Source: Lysobacterales bacterium (GTDB lineage: Bacteria; Pseudomonadota; Gammaproteobacteria; Xanthomonadales; SZUA-38). From it: a stretch of DNA of 64,000 bases. The stretch covers positions 114,164 through 178,163 of the forward strand of contig JBGCET010000014.1 in the NCBI GenBank assembly GCA_045106555.1, in the 5' to 3' direction. How positions within the stretch are numbered: the stretch's first letter is position 1; the number at the start of each line of letters is the position of its first letter. The notes beneath the pieces were generated by a model. It did no database searches. It saw only the letters and a program-made list of their open reading frames with translations, and was not told where the DNA came from. Both the position numbers and the translations under genes were made by a program. This document shows positions 10,083-18,230 of the stretch, piece after piece.

Positions 10083-10723
10083 GGTGAGGTAACCTCCGGT
10101 GGTGTTTCGGGGGGGGGGGGTAGGGGCGCTCGCCACTGCTCTTTCTCTACAACCCCTTTAAACTGACTGACCATGGCCGCCGCAGCGTCGCGTAACGCCA
10201 GCGTTGTTGCTTCGCCCAATGATTCGTTCCCGTTGACAAACTTTTTGCGGTCTTTGCCGTAGGCGACAAACGGCCAGTAGCCAACGATGGTGCCCTGATC
10301 GGAGTACAGCCGAATCTGGTATTTCATGGAGACGGCGTAGAAATTGGTAGCAGTTTCCTGGGGTGACAGGAACGCGTATTCCTCCAGCACGGGCTCCAGC
10401 ACCAGGTCAACGCCATAGGCTGAGTTGTCACCGTCGGGGCTGGGCACGCTGATGGTTTGTTCAAACAATGCGCCAAAAATTTTGTCATACACCGCCAGCT
10501 GTTTTGTTCCCAGCTCAAATTCGAGTTTGCCTTCCTCTTCTTTGAATACGTACTCGCTGAATTCCGGGCTGTAATAAATTCCCGCGCTAAATGGCATGGC
10601 TTGCACCACGGGTTCAGGGAATTCACTCTCGATGACCACCGTGCCGGCACAACCGGCGAGCGTGAGAACGGCAAGCAGCCCGGGAACGGTGCCCAAGCAG
10701 AATTTCGAGTAAGGAGTCGTCAA
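10079..10723 (-). CDS. hypothetical lipoprotein with a Pro-rich C-terminal tail
   Basis: 214 aa. TTG start with a GAGAGG RBS, and an LLAVLTLAGC lipobox. The C-terminal PLPPPPETPPEVTSP is partly encoded by the C12 tract. Confidence 0.7.
   Translation of the reverse strand: MTTPYSKFCLGTVPGLLAVLTLAGCAGTVVIESEFPEPVVQAMPFSAGIYYSPEFSEYVFKEEEGKLEFELGTKQLAVYDKIFGALFEQTISVPSPDGDNSAYGVDLVLEPVLEEYAFLSPQETATNFYAVSMKYQIRLYSDQGTIVGYWPFVAYGKDRKKFVNGNESLGEATTLALRDAAAAMVSQFKGVVEKEQWRAPLPPPPETPPEVTSP
10109..10120. repeat. G12/C12 homopolymer tract inside the 3' end of the lipoprotein gene
   Basis: Twelve consecutive G on the plus strand, counted directly (10109-10120). They encode part of the PPPP run on the minus strand. 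Confidence 0.9.
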
Positions 10724-10957
10724 ACTTTGTAGCCTCTCAATTGGCGTCTCTCAAGATTGTGACCGGCCAAGCGACCGTTTCGTTGCATTGAGCACCATAT
10801 TAGCAGTCTGCGGCTTGGCTTGAAGCCGCCTGGCTCGGTTTTTTGATGCAGTCGTCACCAGAACTTAATGCGTCATCGTCTATTATCGGGCCGTCTATAA
10901 CTACGAAAGCATTAGTATATTCGCGGCAAGACCGACAACATGCAACTATTTCGCCTC

Positions 10958-10963
10958 TATAAT
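10958..10963 (+). promoter_or_regulatory. consensus TATAAT -10 element upstream of the long plus-strand cluster
   Basis: An exact TATAAT at 10958-10963 overlaps the ORF-track ATG at 10962. This argues the real start codon lies downstream (10998 or 11013). There is no convincing -35. Confidence 0.25.
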
Positions 10964-11012
10964 GGTCTTGGTAAGCAGCGAATCAATCTTTTACCGTATG
11001 GAGACGGTCCCG

Positions 11013-12167
11013 ATGACCCAGTTCGTTAGAGTCGACAAGCCCTACAACCAAGCGCCCGTGGCGCTGGCGGAATCGAACGGGCGTTCGCGCGCCGGAAACC
11101 ATTACCCGGTTTTTCTCCGCGTTTCCCAGCCCGTTCGGCTTACAGCCGCTGCCTTCGTTGTCGCTTTTGCGGTCAGCGGCTGTTCAACGCCGGCCCAAAC
11201 GATGCCGCCGCCGACTCAGATGCCCAGCTCATCACCGCCGTCGATGCCGTCGTCAGCGCCGCCATCCATGCCGTCGCCAAGCAGCATGCCTTCGGTTAGT
11301 CCGCCGTCTGCCTCGCCACCGTCCCCCAGCATGCCCTCACCCAGCATGCCTTCGCCGCCCAGCGGCCAAAGCTCGCCGAGTAGCGCGCAAGCCGGTCAAC
11401 CTCCAGCCAGTTCCGCCGGATCTGAGTCAGATTCGGGCGAGTCAGCCAGTCAAAGCGCAGCTGACGCGGGTTCCAGCGGCAACAGTGAGTTGGAGGTTCT
11501 GGAACCGGAAGAGTCTGAAGTCGCCGATTCTGATGCTGAGCCCACTTGGGATGACGGCGAAACTGGCGCTGAGGAGTCTTTGGCTGAATCGTCAGACTCG
11601 GCCGCGGCCGGGTCAGCAGGCGGCGGCGGGGAGTCTGCTGATGGCAGCGAGTCCGAACAAATGGCTTCGGCCACCGCAGGCCGTCCCGGCGGTGGATCGC
11701 CGATCGGTACCGAGGAGTCTTTGGACGCCGAACTCAATAGTTCACTGGAGATCTTTGAAGGCGAAATGGAACGCACCATTACCGTTCTTGCCTCCACCGA
11801 TCCCGCTGACGGTGAGTCGTCGGGGCCGGCCGGCGGAGCCGGTGGCTCCGAGGGTGAAGGCGGAACCTTCGATCAAAACGGTCAGGGTGCAGAATTGGTA
11901 TTGGTCAACGGTGATCCATCGCTGCTGCCCGGCACCCAGGACAGCGACGGCGACAGCGGCAGCGAACCCGTGTCTGGCCGCCCGGGACTCGAAGGTGGCG
12001 GCAGCGCTAACGAAACCTACCCAAGGGTTCCCGGCGATGTTGGCAACGGTCAGGACGACGACGTGGTAGCACGCCAAATTCGCGAAGCCGCGGTCAACGA
12101 AGACGACCCCGGACTGCGTGAAAAACTGTGGGAAGAGTACCGAAATTACAAACGATCAATTCAATGA
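11013..12167 (+). CDS. low-complexity lipoprotein (Pro/Ser/Met repeats followed by a long acidic Ser/Gly/Asp/Glu region)
   Basis: FVVAFAVSGC lipobox, (P)SMPS repeats, then an acidic disordered stretch and a structured-looking C-terminal ~40 aa (VARQIREAAVNEDDPGLREKLWEEYRNYKRS). Start chosen at the ATG at 11013, preceded by GGAGA. 10962 and 10998 are alternatives. The n-region before the lipobox is unusually long. Confidence 0.6.
   Translation: MTQFVRVDKPYNQAPVALAESNGRSRAGNHYPVFLRVSQPVRLTAAAFVVAFAVSGCSTPAQTMPPPTQMPSSSPPSMPSSAPPSMPSPSSMPSVSPPSASPPSPSMPSPSMPSPPSGQSSPSSAQAGQPPASSAGSESDSGESASQSAADAGSSGNSELEVLEPEESEVADSDAEPTWDDGETGAEESLAESSDSAAAGSAGGGGESADGSESEQMASATAGRPGGGSPIGTEESLDAELNSSLEIFEGEMERTITVLASTDPADGESSGPAGGAGGSEGEGGTFDQNGQGAELVLVNGDPSLLPGTQDSDGDSGSEPVSGRPGLEGGGSANETYPRVPGDVGNGQDDDVVARQIREAAVNEDDPGLREKLWEEYRNYKRSIQ
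11201..11390 (+). repeat. imperfect tandem coding repeats (PSMPS-type units)
   Basis: Reiterated atgcc(g/t)tc(g/a)cc-type units encode PPSMPSSAPPSMPSPSSMPSVSPPSASPPSPSMPSPSMPSPPS. Confidence 0.6.
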
Positions 12168-13429
12168 GGATTGCCATGCTCAGGTCTAACTTTTTGACAA
12201 CTTTGCCGGTCAATTTCCAGGTCTCCGCCAGGATTCGCCAGCTGGCTCTCCTGATAGCCTGTGCCGTCACGCTGTCGGCCTGCACTACCCAAACAGTAAA
12301 AACGGTCAACTCGGTGCCCATCGACAAAGCCGATCAGGAGTTGTCCCAGGAGCAGCTGCTGGATGTGGGGCTGCAGATCTTTGATCCGGGTATTCCCGCC
12401 GATCAGAAAGACCAGGACGATGACAATATTTATCCCGCCGTACGCCGCGCTGAAGCTCGGTATGTGCCTTACCTGCTAAAGACCACCTTGGAGGAGTCCA
12501 ACCAGTGGGGTGCGGTGAGGGTGCTGCCGGGTAACGACCCGTCTTCCGAAGTCACGGTGACCGGAGAAATTCGACATTCCGACGGCGTAGTTCTTGAGGT
12601 GAGAGTGACTGTCACCGACGCCACCGGGCGCCAGTGGCTGGACAAAAAATATGCAGACCTCGCCACCCAGTTCGCTTACCGGGATGATGTTGACTACCAG
12701 GGCGATGCGTTTCAGGACCTCTACAACCTGGTAGCCAACGATATCCGCAAGGCCCGCGATGAGCTTAGTCGCGAAGAGCTGACGCAGATTCGAACAGTGG
12801 CCAATCTGCGTTATGCCGCTGAGGTTGCGCCGGACGCCTTCGGTGAACATTTGTCGGAAGACAAAAACGGTGACGTGGTGATTAATCGATTGCCGGCCTA
12901 CGACGACCCAATGATGCGCCGGGTTAACCGCATCCGCGAGAGCGAATTTCTATTCATTGATACCGTGGATCAGCAATACGCGGTGTTCTATCAGCAAATG
13001 GATCCCAGCTACGACCAGTGGCGGAGATATTCCTATGAAGAGACGCTGGCTGAAGAAGACATCAAGCGGTCGGCTCGAACTCGCGCGCTGGCGGGCCTGC
13101 TCGGGGTGGTTGGCGGCGCCGCAATTTCCTCATCGGCCAATGGCAACTGGGCCCAGAACAGCATCGGTAATGCCGCTGCCCTGGGTGGGCTATATGCGTT
13201 AAAGCAAAGTTACGATACCTATCAGGAAGCGAAGATCCACCAAGAGGCCCTAAAAGAATTGGCGGCTTCATTTGATGCTGAAGTGAAGCCCATCGTGCTT
13301 GAGGTAGAAGGGGAAGTGGTAAAGCTCAATGGTTCCCTGGATGCTCAGTACAAAGAGTGGCGTCGCCTGATGCGGGAAATTTACGAAACCGAAACCGGCA
13401 TCCCGGTTGCTGACGCGGTCCCTCAATAA
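12164..13429 (+). CDS. hypothetical lipoprotein with a glycine-zipper segment and a C-terminal coiled coil
   Basis: LLIACAVTLSAC lipobox. The ATG at 12164 forms an ATGA overlap with the upstream stop. There is a Gly-zipper-like ALAGLLGVVGGAAISS...GNAAALGGLYAL segment. Confidence 0.65.
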   Translation: MRIAMLRSNFLTTLPVNFQVSARIRQLALLIACAVTLSACTTQTVKTVNSVPIDKADQELSQEQLLDVGLQIFDPGIPADQKDQDDDNIYPAVRRAEARYVPYLLKTTLEESNQWGAVRVLPGNDPSSEVTVTGEIRHSDGVVLEVRVTVTDATGRQWLDKKYADLATQFAYRDDVDYQGDAFQDLYNLVANDIRKARDELSREELTQIRTVANLRYAAEVAPDAFGEHLSEDKNGDVVINRLPAYDDPMMRRVNRIRESEFLFIDTVDQQYAVFYQQMDPSYDQWRRYSYEETLAEEDIKRSARTRALAGLLGVVGGAAISSSANGNWAQNSIGNAAALGGLYALKQSYDTYQEAKIHQEALKELAASFDAEVKPIVLEVEGEVVKLNGSLDAQYKEWRRLMREIYETETGIPVADAVPQ

Positions 13430-13435
13430 ACCTTC

Positions 13436-15685
13436 ATGTCATCTAACATCACAACGCTGGAAGCCTTCAGCGACCGGCAGGTTTTGCCCGATGGCGATGG
13501 CCATGAGCTGCGTGCAACATTGTCCGGCAAACCGGTTCGGTTGCGCCGAATTGCCGATCTTGAGGCCGCGGCGGAATCGATAGCTCAAAGGCAGACAGTG
13601 TTGGCAGCACTCAGTCACCCTGCCATCGTGTTAGACGAGGGAGTGGCCACTTCCGACCAGGGTGTTTATGCCTGGCGGACTGATGGTGATGAACGACCCA
13701 TTGCGAACACGAACTTGGCCGATCGGCTGGCGCTGGCTCAAAGACTGTGTGAAGCCCTGGGTCAAATCCACCGTTTGGGCACGGGTCATGGCGGGCTGGA
13801 CCAGGTCAGCCAAACCAACGATGGTGAACTCAGGCTGGTTGATCCGGGTTATCGAGATGATGAGTCGCCGGAAAAAGACATGCAGGCATTGGGGCAGCTG
13901 CTGTTTCGTTGGGAAACACAACAATCTGCAGAACCACTGGATGATCATCAGCGTGCGGCTGCACTGGCCCAGCAGTCTGCCGCCAGGCCGTTGCCACCTC
14001 GCCTGAGTACGCTGATTCTCAAACTCCTGGCAAGCCAAAGTAACCATCAAGCTGGCGGCACTCTTTCTGCGTTCGAGACGGCAGAGGAGTTGGAGGACGT
14101 TCGGCTCGCACTGATCCGTGCTGACGCTCAGGTTCTGGCTCATTGGCAAACGGAACCGGTAACGCCCGTTGTGTCTTCAGCCCCACCGGCTGCGACTGAG
14201 CCGTCACCCGCAGTGGGTGCGGCGTCCCGTCGTGATAACGCCAGTCCGTCACGATGGCCCATGCTGCTGGCCGGCACTGCGGCGGCCGCACTCGTTTTGG
14301 GCATCGTCTATGTGGTCAGAGTATTGCCTGAGAGAATGACGCCGGTAGACGAGCCTGAGCCGGTGGCGGCGATTGTTGCCGCGCCGGAGCCCGTCCCGGT
14401 AGCGTCGCAACCAGCGCCTCTCAGCCAGGCAGACCTGGAACGAATGCTGCGTCAGCGTGAAGCGGCTCAGGCCATCTTGGATGAGTTGATCAACCTGCAG
14501 CTGGAGTTGGAAGACCAGCAGGTTGAACGTTGGGCCGAGCGGTCGTTCAACGCAGCCGCTGAGTTAGCCGCCCAGGGTGATGAGCCGTTTCGGGCTCAGG
14601 CATTTGAGCGCGCGTTGGAGCTGTATACCAAAGCTTTCGGTCAAATGCGCGAAGTGGCGGCCCTCAGGCCTATTGTTGTTGCCGAAGCTCTGGAGCGTGG
14701 CACCTTGGCGCTGAGGCAGGGCCAAGGTGATGCGGCCGATGATGCGTTTTCGTTGGCCTTGGCCATCGATCCAGAAAATGCTCTGGCCGCCAGCGGCAAG
14801 GCCCGTGCGCAAACGCTTGATCAAGTCAGGACTCTCATGAGTCAGGCCAGCACAGCACTGGGCGACCAAGACCTTGGGTTAGCGAAGACGCTGCTGGAAC
14901 AGGTCATGGGCCTGGACCCATTGACCGATGGTGCCCAATCGCTGTTGGTCGACGTTAACGCCCAACTGGCTGATGCTGCCTTCAGGGCAGCGATGTCGGA
15001 GGGGTTGAACGCATTGGGCAGCGGACGTTTCAGCGACGCGCGCAACGCGCTGAACCGAGCCCTGGCAATGCGTCCTTCGTCGCAGGCTCCCCGCGACGCC
15101 TTGCTGGAGGTCAGCCGCAGAGAACGGGACAGCCTGGTAACCCGGGACAGCGCACTGGCGCAAAACGCGGTGGAGCAGGAACGCTGGGAAGCGGCCATTA
15201 AGCACTTTAATGACATGCTCCGGCGTGATCCCAATGTGCGCCAGGCTCAGGAAGGCTTGTCTCGGGCTGAGGCGCGCCTGGATCTGGAAGCCCGATTGTT
15301 GGCCATGTTGACCGACCCGTCGACACTCTGGTCGGACAAAGGCCGGGCTGAGTCACGCTCGTTGCTTTACGACGCCCGGGCGGTGGACAACGTGGGGCCG
15401 CGACTGGCCGACCAGCTCACCCGCTTAACCCGGCAAATCGACTTGGCGGGCCAGCCCCGGCAGGTCATCATTGAGTCTGACAGCGCATGCAATGTTGTGG
15501 TGTACAAGGTCGCCAGGCTGGGGCAATTCGATCAGCGACAGCTGGAGCTCCTGCCCGGTCCTTACACTGCCGTGGGCACCCGGGATGGTTATCGGGATGT
15601 GCGGGTGGAGTTCATGGTGCCGGCGGGCCAACAGGTACCGCCGGTGGAACTGCGCTGTGAAGAACAGGTACTGGCCAGAGGTTGA
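13436..15685 (+). CDS. transmembrane pseudokinase-like protein with periplasmic TPR repeats and a C-terminal beta-sandwich (PEGA-like) domain
   Basis: 749 aa. The N-terminal ~165 aa is shaped like a protein kinase, but HRDL is replaced by GHGGL (codons 13784-13798) and DFG by DPG. One TM helix (WPMLLAGTAAAALVLGIVYVV) is followed by TPR-like repeats and a C-terminal VVVYKVARLG...YTAVGTRDGYRDVRVEF. Confidence 0.6.
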   Translation: MSSNITTLEAFSDRQVLPDGDGHELRATLSGKPVRLRRIADLEAAAESIAQRQTVLAALSHPAIVLDEGVATSDQGVYAWRTDGDERPIANTNLADRLALAQRLCEALGQIHRLGTGHGGLDQVSQTNDGELRLVDPGYRDDESPEKDMQALGQLLFRWETQQSAEPLDDHQRAAALAQQSAARPLPPRLSTLILKLLASQSNHQAGGTLSAFETAEELEDVRLALIRADAQVLAHWQTEPVTPVVSSAPPAATEPSPAVGAASRRDNASPSRWPMLLAGTAAAALVLGIVYVVRVLPERMTPVDEPEPVAAIVAAPEPVPVASQPAPLSQADLERMLRQREAAQAILDELINLQLELEDQQVERWAERSFNAAAELAAQGDEPFRAQAFERALELYTKAFGQMREVAALRPIVVAEALERGTLALRQGQGDAADDAFSLALAIDPENALAASGKARAQTLDQVRTLMSQASTALGDQDLGLAKTLLEQVMGLDPLTDGAQSLLVDVNAQLADAAFRAAMSEGLNALGSGRFSDARNALNRALAMRPSSQAPRDALLEVSRRERDSLVTRDSALAQNAVEQERWEAAIKHFNDMLRRDPNVRQAQEGLSRAEARLDLEARLLAMLTDPSTLWSDKGRAESRSLLYDARAVDNVGPRLADQLTRLTRQIDLAGQPRQVIIESDSACNVVVYKVARLGQFDQRQLELLPGPYTAVGTRDGYRDVRVEFMVPAGQQVPPVELRCEEQVLARG

Positions 15686-15724
15686 CCTTTGGCAGCTCAG
15701 CTGCCCTGACAAGGATCACAGGAA

Positions 15725-17848
15725 ATGACAGACGTAAAATCGCCGGTTGCCGGCCAGCAAGCTGACAACGAAGCCTTTGAGGTCATAACGCCGACCTCTT
15801 TCCAGCCCGCGAGCAAAGTGGCCCGGGCCGGAGTCGGCGGTGTTTCCTGGTGGGTCGTGGGCAGTTTTTCGTTGCTCGGTTTGGTTGCGCTATGTGCACT
15901 GTACGTGTTCACCGCTCGCTCGGTGCTGATTGAAATTTCTCCGCCGCCGGAGTCCATGGCGCTGGACGGTGCGTTGTTGTTCCCGCTAAAGCTGGGAGAT
16001 CGCTGGCTACTGCACCCGGGCAGTTACCAGCTGGACGCGCAGCTGGAGGGTTACCATCCGCTGGGCAGCGAGTTTGACGTTCGCTCCGTTGATGGTCAGG
16101 CCTTTACCTTCGCCCTTCAGAAGCTGCCAGGCCTGTTGTCTGTCACGGCACCCAACATTTCCGGTGCCCACGTTTGGGTTGACGGTCAGCCAGTCAGTCC
16201 AGCACCGCTGAGCCAACATCAACTGGAACCCGGTAGTTACGAATTGACGGTGCGGGCACCCCGTTACCGAGACTTCTCAACCACAGTCGACATCGAGGGC
16301 AGGCAGCTGGAGCAAACCGTTGAGGCGGCTTTGGAACCGGCGTGGGCGGATGTGGAAATTGTCAGCATGCCGATCGGCGCGACACTTTATGTCGACGGCG
16401 ACCCGGTCGGCGAAACGCCGTTGACGGCACAGATCATTGAGGGTGAGCGAACATTGTCATTGCAGCTGGAAGGATTCAAGGACTGGTCAAGCGACATGCC
16501 GGTCACCGCGGGCGCACAGCTCAGTTTGCCGCCAGTGACTTTGATACCCGCTGACACACTGATTTCGGTTGCCAGCTCGCCGGAAAGCGCCAGCGTTACC
16601 GTCGACGGTGAATATCGTGGTCAAACGCCGCTGAGACTGGCGCTTGCCCCCGGGCGTTCTTATCGCCTGGCCTTTACCCGTGCGGGGTTCGAATCCAGCA
16701 CCCGAGTGCTGGACGTGGCGGATGGGGATGACACGCGATTGAATGTTCGCCTTAAACCGATTCTGGGTGCCGTACAGATGGCGGGTGAGCCGGCAGACGC
16801 AGAAGTTTTTGTGGAGGGCGTGTTTCAGGGCCGCCTCAACGACCGTTTTGAGCTAGCGGCGCATCCCCAGCGTATTGAGGTTCGCAAACAAGGATTTCAG
16901 ACCTACTCCACCACCGTGACCCCCAGTCCTTCTCAGGAACAGTTACTGAACGTTGCGCTGGTAAGTTTCGCGGAAGCAGCCGCCGCAGCCAACCCAGACA
17001 CCCTGGTGCTGAGCACCGGCTATGAATTGAAACTGGTTCGACCTGGCGGGGTTTATCGCCTTGGCAGTCCGCGCCGGGAGCAGGGCAGGCGGTCTAACGA
17101 ATTCATTCGCCAGGTGGAATTGAGCAGACCGTTTTACCTGGGTAAACGTGAGGTGACTAATCTGGAATTCAAAGCCTTCGACGGCAGTCATGAATCGGGA
17201 ATTGCCAGCGCCAACAGCCTGAGCCTGAAAGATCAACCTGTGGTCAAGGTCAGCTGGAACAAAGCAGCACAATTTTGTAATTGGCTTAGCGACAAGGAAG
17301 GGCTGCCGGCGGCATACCGGGCCCGTGATGGAGTGATGGTCGCTGTTTCGCCGATGAATACCGGGTACCGTTTGCCCAGCGAGGCAGAATGGGCCTACGC
17401 CGCCCGCTATGGTGCCAGCGATCAGTCGGCCCGCAAATATCCGTGGGGTGCTCAGATGCCGCCACCTGCTGACTCGGGAAACTATGCCGGCAGTGAATCC
17501 AGCGCGGAGGTCGAACGTGGCCTGTCAAACTATGCCGATCAATATCCGGCGACGTCCCCTGTCGCCACATATGCCAGCAGCACTCTGGGGTTTTACGACC
17601 TGGGTGGTAATGTGCATGAATGGATTCACGATTATTACCGAATCAGCAGTGGCGGCCTGGGCAATGTGCCCAAAGACCCGCTGGGGGGTGCTGACGGCAA
17701 TAACCACGTGATTCGTGGTTCCAGCTGGCGTAGCGGCAGCATCACCGAGCTTCGCCTGGCGTGGCGTGATCAGGGCTCTGGCGGCAAAGATGACATAGGC
17801 TTCCGTGTTGCCCGCTACATCGATACTTCGGGAGCGCCCGCGCCATGA
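15725..17848 (+). CDS. membrane-anchored PEGA-domain array fused to an FGE-sulfatase (SUMF1/EgtB/PvdO-fold) domain
   Basis: 707 aa with one N-terminal TM helix. It has repeated PEGA-like modules (e.g. VEIVSMPIGATLYVDGDPVGETPL, ISVASSPESASVTVDGEYRGQTPL). The C-terminus has FYLGKREVTNLEF, VSWNKAAQFCNWLS, YRLPSEAEWAYAAR, GNVHEWIHDYY, RGSSW and IGFRVAR. Confidence 0.8.
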   Translation: MTDVKSPVAGQQADNEAFEVITPTSFQPASKVARAGVGGVSWWVVGSFSLLGLVALCALYVFTARSVLIEISPPPESMALDGALLFPLKLGDRWLLHPGSYQLDAQLEGYHPLGSEFDVRSVDGQAFTFALQKLPGLLSVTAPNISGAHVWVDGQPVSPAPLSQHQLEPGSYELTVRAPRYRDFSTTVDIEGRQLEQTVEAALEPAWADVEIVSMPIGATLYVDGDPVGETPLTAQIIEGERTLSLQLEGFKDWSSDMPVTAGAQLSLPPVTLIPADTLISVASSPESASVTVDGEYRGQTPLRLALAPGRSYRLAFTRAGFESSTRVLDVADGDDTRLNVRLKPILGAVQMAGEPADAEVFVEGVFQGRLNDRFELAAHPQRIEVRKQGFQTYSTTVTPSPSQEQLLNVALVSFAEAAAAANPDTLVLSTGYELKLVRPGGVYRLGSPRREQGRRSNEFIRQVELSRPFYLGKREVTNLEFKAFDGSHESGIASANSLSLKDQPVVKVSWNKAAQFCNWLSDKEGLPAAYRARDGVMVAVSPMNTGYRLPSEAEWAYAARYGASDQSARKYPWGAQMPPPADSGNYAGSESSAEVERGLSNYADQYPATSPVATYASSTLGFYDLGGNVHEWIHDYYRISSGGLGNVPKDPLGGADGNNHVIRGSSWRSGSITELRLAWRDQGSGGKDDIGFRVARYIDTSGAPAP

Positions 17849-18201
17849 TTTCGTTCAACCATATTGGTGTCCGGTTGGTTACCGTCGGTTTTGTTCTGGC
17901 GCTGTGCGCGCCTCTCGCAATCGGCCAAATGGCGCCCGCCGAAGCGGCCCCGGGTCAAGCAGATGCCGATGCACAATCGACACCACCACCAGTGTGCGCA
18001 GAGGCGCCCGCTGAAGACACGGCGACAATACCTGATGAAGCAACATCGGCCACCGAGTCAGAAGACTGTGTCGCCGGTGCGCCGGAAGATGGGCTTGGGG
18101 AAAATACCGATCCCGACGAAATGCGCGCATCCATGCGCCGTTTTGTGCCCAGTGAACAAATTTCTGAAGACAGTTCAGTAGCGTTTCCCAACGACATCTG
18201 A
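17845..18201 (+). CDS. small secreted acidic protein, hypothetical
   Basis: 118 aa. ATGA overlap with the upstream stop, a signal-peptide-like LVTVGFVLALCAPLAIGQ, and an acidic Pro/Ala/Glu/Asp-rich body. Confidence 0.5.
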   Translation: MISFNHIGVRLVTVGFVLALCAPLAIGQMAPAEAAPGQADADAQSTPPPVCAEAPAEDTATIPDEATSATESEDCVAGAPEDGLGENTDPDEMRASMRRFVPSEQISEDSSVAFPNDI

Positions 18202-18230
18202 GCAATGACAATGACAAGGACCCTGCCCAC

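Noticed and set aside
11158-12069. A 303-aa Arg/Pro-rich ORF in an alternative plus-strand frame of the low-complexity lipoprotein gene.
   Set aside because: The annotated frame has a lipobox signal peptide, is ATGA-coupled to the next gene and ends in a structured-looking segment. The alternative frame is an extreme Arg-rich artefact of the GC-rich repeats. The choice of frame in low-complexity DNA is still not proven.
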